From NCBI GenBank assembly GCA_964016885.1, contig OZ024745.1, positions 130,014,001-130,078,000 on the forward strand: a DNA stretch of 64,000 nucleotides, in the 5' to 3' direction. Below are positions 56,750 to 64,000 of this stretch, in pieces. Under the pieces are notes generated by a model. The model was not told the origin of the DNA, searched no databases, and saw only the letters and a list, made by a program, of their open reading frames with translations. Numbering within the stretch: the stretch's first letter is position 1; each line of letters begins with the position of its first letter. The DNA comes from Eledone cirrhosa. Its lineage: Eukaryota. The position numbers and the translations under genes were made by a program.

Positions 56750-57600
56750 TGATATTCAAAAACTGTTTTGCACAGATCTGTCAAATCGTAGTAATTTCTT
56801 AGGAATGACACAGGTGTAGTAATATTAGGGTGAATAAAGCAGCTCTCTATACCACAAATGATGAAATGTTCTGAGGTGTCCATTGGGTTATCTCAAGAGA
56901 TACAGATGAGAGATATTCAGACAAAGATTTATGATATGGACCTACTTGCTCTTTCGAAAATATTATAGAGATATGCGCTTCAGATTACATCTGGATTTCA
57001 CAATATTTGATTGAGAAGTGCCACGAGGAAAACGTGTCGTATTTATTGATAGTGTATCGAACATAGAACAATTTCAATTAAGAAAAAGACGTAGCAATAG
57101 ATATATTGAGAGTGTTCTGCTAAGAATAGATGATTATCTTCCAAAAAGCAATAAACAAATTACAATGATTTGGTTACCAGGCCAAACAGATATTAAGGAA
57201 ATAGGTAAGTAGAGTAATTAGCAAAAGAAGGAACAAAATGGCAGATAATATATATAGACTACATCCAACATATATTGCAAGTGAAATCATTTATTAAAAA
57301 TATAATTAAATGGTGGGGAAATTGGGGCAAAGAATGTACGGATAAGCTCTCAAATTTCAATTCCCAAAATTTTCAGGCAGTTCTGTCAACATATAAAACA
57401 TATTCGACACTGAGCAGTATTAATAAAATAAAAAGGAATAGACTGGATTAGGACGAGTCATATAGCATAGAGCCATATTTCATCAAGAACAGGCAACAAA
57501 GAATCACATCTATGTGCTTGTGGAGACTTCACACACACTTTATAGCACTATTTGTTCCAGTGTAGAATCTACCTGTCAGTGCAAGAATCTTATTATCAAC
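56750..57600 (+). mobile_element. Degraded RNase H-containing LINE 3' region (I-group-like)
   Basis: VVFIDSVS.IE...N.YI..V...I.....NKQITMIWLPGQTDI.E...VE*LAKEG matches RNase H: IFSDS...WIP.H.GI.GNE.AD.LAK. Confidence 0.65.
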
Positions 57601-58309
57601 CCCCACCCTCATCGCCCCACGAGCCTTACAATGTTTTATCTTTCTATCTAACCTGTGTTTTTCATGGCTTATTAGCTCTATACGGACGTTAAAAGTGATC
57701 ACATAAATAAAACAATAAATAAATTAATGATATTATTATTCAATCATACAAACTTGCAGTTTATTGCATATGAAATTTAGCACAACATCATATCTCGATA
57801 ATACATTCCATATGCTGTCTTTGAAAATCCTGGCATTAATGTTGTATCAAATATTAATATGAAAAACTGTTAACAAATGATACCGATTATATATTTCGTG
57901 TCTTAAGGCATTGATGTACTGGGTAATTTTCGTTTTCAAAGTATATATTTGGATCCGTATCAAAATATCTGCTCTTATAGATTGAACAAAGAGGATTAAT
58001 GCAAGTCTTAAGACTACATACAGTCCATTAGCAGAAAATGAAAATTAAAACTATGTGTAACATTTGGGAAATAAACTATTTAAGTTATACGATTTATTTT
58101 GTTTTGGAAGAGCTTAATAATCAGCAGTTAGTGGTTATCTTAAAGCTAGCAATATCAAAATAAATATTAATGAGAATATACAACAACATACGCATTCATA
58201 AATTGATATTTCCCTTTTATAAATGAGATAAAATCGGTAGAAATTATTGAAACGGAATCTTAAGACCACACAGCGTGAACATTTAAGTGGAGGTATATAT
58301 ATATACATA

Positions 58310-59170
58310 TATATATATATAACTGAGGATGTCTGTCTGTGTGTGTGTGAGTTTGAATCCCTCAAACTCGAGAAGCACCCAACCAACTGTTTTGAAACTT
58401 TACACATGTAATACCTATTTTTGAGGGAGTGTTGTGAGCAAAAAACATTTCAAATTTTCTATGCCCTAGGAACCGCATTAGGATATTTAGCGACCTCTCT
58501 ATATAATTCTTAGTCTTTCGCTTTTTAGAATTATACATATAACGTCGCGCCCTTATAATATTTGTCTGTATGTCTGGCTGTCTGCATCACGTCACTTCCC
58601 TGAGGATGTCTGTCTGTGTGTGTCTGTGAGTTTGAATCCCTAAAACTCGAGAAGTACTCAACCGATTTTTTTCAACTTTGTGATCTCCTACCGCCCGCAT
58701 TAGATGAAAAACTGCGTTTTTTAAGCTGTTTAGGGTTTTTTGAGGCGTTACGTCAGACCCACTTACTTGAAATTCTAACTATGTATTAGGCAGTTTCTTC
58801 TTCATACCGTGAGCAAAGAAAATCCAACTTGTTTATGGCCTAGAGCCCACATTAGGTGAAAACCTTCATTTTTTCAGCTTCTTAGGGCTTTTTGGAGGCG
58901 TTACGTCTAGCCGACTTTCCCGAAATTTCAAGGCATATTATGCACATAAAAAGAATTTATTTTCTTGATCCCCTAGGGCCCGCATTAGGTGAAAACCTGA
59001 ATTTTTCCTGCTTCATCGAGGAAAATCTTAAAGATTATCGAGCCATCAGAGTATTCGATTTATTTTCTTTACATATTGTCCAGGCATGCAGTTTTTCCAC
59101 GATTAGGTCTGTTGGCGGCCCGCGTTCCGAAATACATTATCCCGTGCAACACCGGGTACCACTGCTTGTA
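58310..59170 (+). mobile_element. Probable non-autonomous Helitron with an internal duplicated 5' end
   Basis: The 5' segment ctgaggatgtctgtctgtgtgtg..aactcgagaag recurs at ~58600. There are internal ccgcattagg subrepeats. A 3' hairpin cccgtgcaacaccggg precedes a CTAG-like end (gcttgt). Confidence 0.6.
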
Positions 59171-59196
59171 TATAATAATAAGTTGACGGACCCAGC

Positions 59197-59326
<130 letters not shown>

Positions 59327-59419
59327 TATGTAAAAGAAGTTAAATAGAAACAACAAAACTAACGCCACTGTACATGGAAGAAATGTATTATTTTCACGCT
59401 TGAAATAGCCGGAAGAGAT

Positions 59420-59455
59420 ACGTAACGTTTCGGACACTAGTTCTTCTTCAGAAGA
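59420..59455 (-). ncRNA. Decayed minimal hammerhead (49652 family)
   Basis: Minus strand tctt-CTGAAGA-a-gaac-tagt-gtcc-GAAA-CG-TT. Confidence 0.6.
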
Positions 59456-59566
59456 TAGAGTTTAAAATAGAAGATAAATAGAAAGGAACGAGTGATAAGA
59501 GGAAGGAACAGGTAAAAATGGGGTAGAAAGGGGTAGAAATAAAAACACGTGTGTATTTAATCGGAC

Positions 59567-59625
59567 AGATAGATAGATAGATAGATATATAGATATATAG
59601 ATAGATAGATAGATAGATAGATAGG

Positions 59626-59690
<65 letters not shown>
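59567..59690. repeat. (GATA)n microsatellite
   Basis: Direct reading. Confidence 0.95.
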
Positions 59691-59914
59691 GCATGTTCCT
59701 ATGCGCATTTGTGTGCGGGTTTTTCTGTGGATTTTGTACCATTAAAATACATTTCAATTTGAAATCATGTATAATGTTGCTAGAATAGATACAGCATATA
59801 TGTATATCTTTGCGATTCATTTAAGATTTTTACAGAATTCCAGTCATTCATTAAAGTCCCAAGGTTTTTCGTGTATGTGAGGACGGTTCTATATTGCTCG
59901 TATATATATATATA

Positions 59915-60677
59915 GCTCGTATATTTTTTAGCCGTTGCTCGCGCCAACCTGAGGTATATGGCCTTTAATGCGACGAAATGCCTACGACGGTTGGAAGGCC
60001 ACTGATGAGGACAAACGTTTTCATATGTAACCCATTTGCAGCGCCGCAGCTTCATTATTATCATATTTACACATATATTTTTTCCTCCGCTGCCACCAGT
60101 CTGTTTCGTTCTTTGTGTCTTTACCCTTTCTAGCAGTCTCTCTCTCTCTGTGTTAGCCTCTTCCTCACTTTTCACTCACTCACTCTCTGTCACTACCTCT
60201 CCTCCTTCTTCCCGTTTGACCTGTCCGTCATCCTTTTCTCACGGGCACTTGGCCAAGCCGGTATGAATTTTTTTTCTCTCTCTCTCTCGTCTGCGACTTC
60301 ACAGAACTTATGTTTACCGAATTCGCAGACCCGACCCCTTCTTCCTCCCGTTAGACCTGTGCGAAATTCCTTCCTTGCTCACATTTCAACCAGGTTTGCT
60401 GGTCTTTATTCTCTCGTTCACGATTCCACCGAATTTATATTCATAGAAATCTGGGACTTGTTTCTTCTTCATCACTTTCTGCTGCTTAAACCATTTTGTC
60501 TGTTTACCCTAGCGTCCCCTTTATTTACGTGTCCCAACGACTTTTTTAGCCGTTGCTCGCACCAACCTGACGTATATAGCCTTTAATGCGACGAAATGCC
60601 TACGACGGTTGGAAGGCCACTGATGAGGACAAACTTTTTCATATCTAACCCATTTGCAGCGCCGCAGCTCCATTATT

Positions 60678-60682
<5 letters not shown>
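59915..60682 (+). mobile_element. Family B copy with ~140 bp terminal direct repeats
   Basis: 59924-60063 is repeated at 60543-60682; (TA)n on both sides. Confidence 0.85.
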
Positions 60683-60739
<57 letters not shown>

Positions 60740-60931
60740 GTAGGAGGTGAGTTTTATTGTAGCACAATAAAGCAATACAAATATCGAATAAGTAGCACTC
60801 TACAGTTTGTAGGACTGGAGTATAAATAATCAAAAGATGGTTAAAAGATGGTTAAAAGATTTTTAACCATCAAAAGATGGTTAAAAGATGGGTAAAAGAT
60901 GATCAAAAGATGGTTAAAATAGTTCCAAGTA

Positions 60932-60998
60932 TGTTATTATGCGCATTTCAACAACAAATATCATCATGGGATGATATCTGCGTTCTCATCAGATAAAA
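60932..60998 (-). ncRNA. Type I hammerhead motif (mirror copy)
   Basis: Reverse complement of 61155-61221 with few substitutions. Confidence 0.75.
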
Positions 60999-61154
60999 TA
61001 GGGATACATGATATGAAGCTTAAAAAACACTTGTGAATAGTGAAGTTTTAAATCAACATATATGTTGATATGTTGATCAACATATATGTTGATATGTTGA
61101 TTTAAAACTTCACAATTCATAATTGTTTTTTAAGCTTCATATCATGTATCCCTG

Positions 61155-61221
61155 TTTTATCTGATGAGAACGCAGATATCATCCAATGATGATATTTGTT
61201 TTTGAAATGCGCATAATAAAA
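61155..61221 (+). ncRNA. Type I hammerhead motif
   Basis: TTTTAT-CTGATGA-gaac-GCAGATATCATC-caat-GATGATATTTGT-tttt-GAAA-TGCGCA-TA-ATAAAA. Confidence 0.82.
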
Positions 61222-61258
61222 TACTTGGAACTCTTTTAACCATCTTTTGATCTTATAT

Positions 61259-61336
<78 letters not shown>

Positions 61337-61338
61337 AT

Positions 61339-61488
<150 letters not shown>

Positions 61489-61555
61489 TATATTATATAT
61501 ATATATATATATATAGCTCTATACACACAGACCTGGCATATCTAAGAACTGACTA

Positions 61556-61586
61556 ACTGCCTGATGAGGTCATAGCCATTCAATGG

Positions 61587-61590
<4 letters not shown>
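61556..61590 (+). ncRNA. 5' half of a hammerhead (7513 family) truncated by (TA)n
   Basis: ACTGC-CTGATGA-ggtc-ATAGCCATT-c-AATGGCTAT then (TA)n. Confidence 0.65.
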
Positions 61591-61628
<38 letters not shown>

Positions 61629-61752
61629 TTGTGCCTACAGGGTTACATATCGGAAGCGTTAATATCTAGTGGTCGAGATATAAGCAGAGCGGTTACAAAT
61701 GCAAGGATTACAAAGGAGAAAACAGACTGTTAGAACATGTTTATACAATAAG

Positions 61753-61792
61753 CTCCTACGTACGTTCCGCCCGAAAAGGGCTTCTCAAGGGT
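61753..61792 (-). ncRNA. Degenerate hammerhead variant
   Basis: Minus strand accc-TTGAGAA-GCCC-ttttc-GGGC-GGAA-CGTACG-TA-ggag. Confidence 0.5.
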
Positions 61793-62249
61793 ATACAATG
61801 CAATATATATATGCTTAAATGCAAACCTATTTGTGTTCGTATATACCGTATGTGTATGTGTATATATGCCACTTAAGGTTAATTTCCTCTATCATTTTAA
61901 TAATCATAGCGTGAGTTTGAGAGACAAAACCTTATCAATGGAGACTAATTAACAACAACAGTGATGTTTTACATTTAGAAAGTGTTGGTAAGTATTGAAT
62001 AATTTGACTGTTCCGCTTACAGATTCATATGACAATACACAAGTTAGATTTACAGTTCTTCGCCTGATAGCTGCATATTATTCTATTATTACTTTAAACA
62101 CGTATACCATATTACAATTCTAAATTCGTAATTTTGTTAAAAATATTGCCAGCTTCGATACAGTTGACTATAAATATGTTTTCATCGCTACTTTTAAATC
62201 AAATTTTCAAATCTGCTAGAAAGCTGATTTCGAAAAATTATATATCAGC

Positions 62250-62348
62250 AAATCCCGCCGAGGTTAACTTTGCTTTTCATCGTTACGGAGTCGATAAAAT
62301 AAAGTACCAGTAATGCGCTGGCCTTGTTCCAAAAGTAGAAACAATTAT
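62250..62348 (+). mobile_element. SINE 3' fragment
   Basis: Family match. Confidence 0.85.
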
Positions 62349-62987
62349 ATATCAACATATATTTTCCTCCCTCGGTTATTATGTTATTTTGTTGACTGTG
62401 CGTTTATTGGAAGTTTTAAGGAAAAGTGTCCATAAATATTGTGTTTGATAGAATGTCCGATTTTTTCGCCCGTACAATCTGACCAGGGATTCTTTCCTGA
62501 GCCATCCTAACCCCATCCCCATAGTATCAAAGCGGTGATCTCTCAATTCGAAGTAGGATCTCTACCTAGAGTGACTCTCTGATCTCCGATCTGCATACTG
62601 TACCAAGAAACGTTACTTCATGAACCATTCAAAGGAACCCATTTGTTCTATACATCTAATGCCAAATCATATGCAGTTACCTATGCTTAGAGTGCTTTAA
62701 GATGTATAGAAGTCAGTTTGGTTCCAAGTATCGAACACCAATCCATGCATTGATATGATCCTCTTTTTATATCAAAAACACCTTTATTAAGATTTCAACA
62801 ATTTTTTGAAATTTCATCAGCTGCCAATGACGTGCCACATTTGAACACTATAGAAAGGACAGCAAACTGACTCGTAATAAACTCGTTGAAAAGACATAAG
62901 GACCGACACCTTTACTAGGTAAATCTATCTAAGCACATAGACCCACACACACACACGCACACATACACACAAACACACATACACACG

Positions 62988-63321
<334 letters not shown>

Positions 63322-63467
63322 ATATCTTTATTAAAATAACACATTAAAATTTGACCAAAGAATCGCTGCTTTCACCCTCAATTTGTGCTACGGTTTTTAT
63401 ATATTTATATATATATATTATCCTTATCGAGCCCTCTTCGGATTTTAGTCTATTATTACTATATATA

Positions 63468-63662
63468 AGGACGATGGATTGGCAGTATCGGTAGAGCGTC
63501 TGACACCAAGCTTTGAAGTATAGAGTTACGTCCCTTTGCGGTCTGAGTTCAAATCCCGCCGAGGTTAACTTTGCCTTTCATCCATACGGGGTCGATAAAA
63601 TAAAGTACCAGTAATACACTGGTTAATTTGCTGGTCTTCTGCCAAAAGTAGAAACAATTATT
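63468..63662 (+). mobile_element. tRNA-derived SINE, full length
   Basis: tggcagtatcgg A-box-like and gagttcaaatccc B-box motifs. Confidence 0.9.
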
Positions 63663-64000
63663 ACTATATATATGTGTGTGTGAGTGTGTGTGTGTATGTG
63701 TCTGTGTGTATGTGTTTGTGTGTATGTGTCTGTTTGTCTGTGTGTGTCTATGTATTATTTATACATGTACCTATATATGTATGTACATATGTATGAATGA
63801 GTTTCTCTGCGTAAAATAAATAAACATATTTTTTCTTTTTACTACAAATTCCCTCGGCAGGAAAGAAGACTCTCTGAAATATTTTAGGAAAGATCCGACA
63901 AAAAAGAGTGAGAAAAATAATGGAAATCAACACGCAATCATGGGCACACACGAAACGTCCATACAACCACACCCATGCATGTACAAGACTACACCAGTTA

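Larger units (their letters stand above)
60901..61252. mobile_element. ~350 bp palindrome with two mirrored hammerheads
   Basis: Arms are symmetric about ~61076. It is preceded by reiterated aaaagatggtt (60831-60900) and a tail to (TA)n. Confidence 0.9.

Noticed and set aside
59945-60010. SECIS element or C/D snoRNA reading of the family B hairpin
   Set aside because: No AUGA/GA quartet in register, and no box C/box D terminal arrangement

Overview
This is AT-rich, microsatellite-saturated eukaryotic DNA with no recognisable host protein-coding exon. Most ORF-track entries are (TA)n/(CA)n/(GA)n/(GAT)n read-through artefacts. The tRNA-derived SINE and the repeat landscape resemble an octopod cephalopod genome (inference). 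Recognisable content: non-LTR retroelement fragments (L1/Tx1-like RT, three RTE 3' ends, two CRE-like endonuclease fragments, one RNase H-bearing LINE), about 12 copies of one SINE, a probable non-autonomous Helitron, a small MITE, and several very degraded Penelope-like element (PLE) RT/GIY-YIG remnants. The main hidden structure is about 20 hand-foldable type I hammerhead ribozyme motifs (stem I-CUGANGA-stem II-GAAA-short, usually palindromic stem III-NUH-stem I'). They belong to many unrelated short families that sit in or beside (TA)n tracts and are usually built as inverted repeats. The fold-back points are not random. They fall upstream of the ribozyme (two mirrored ribozymes), inside stem II (palindromes keeping only the GAAA/cleavage-site half), or at or after the cleavage site. 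Several unrelated families also share a YGAGTRCY motif about 40-75 nt from their (TA)n junction. All folds and translations were done by eye and are unverified.
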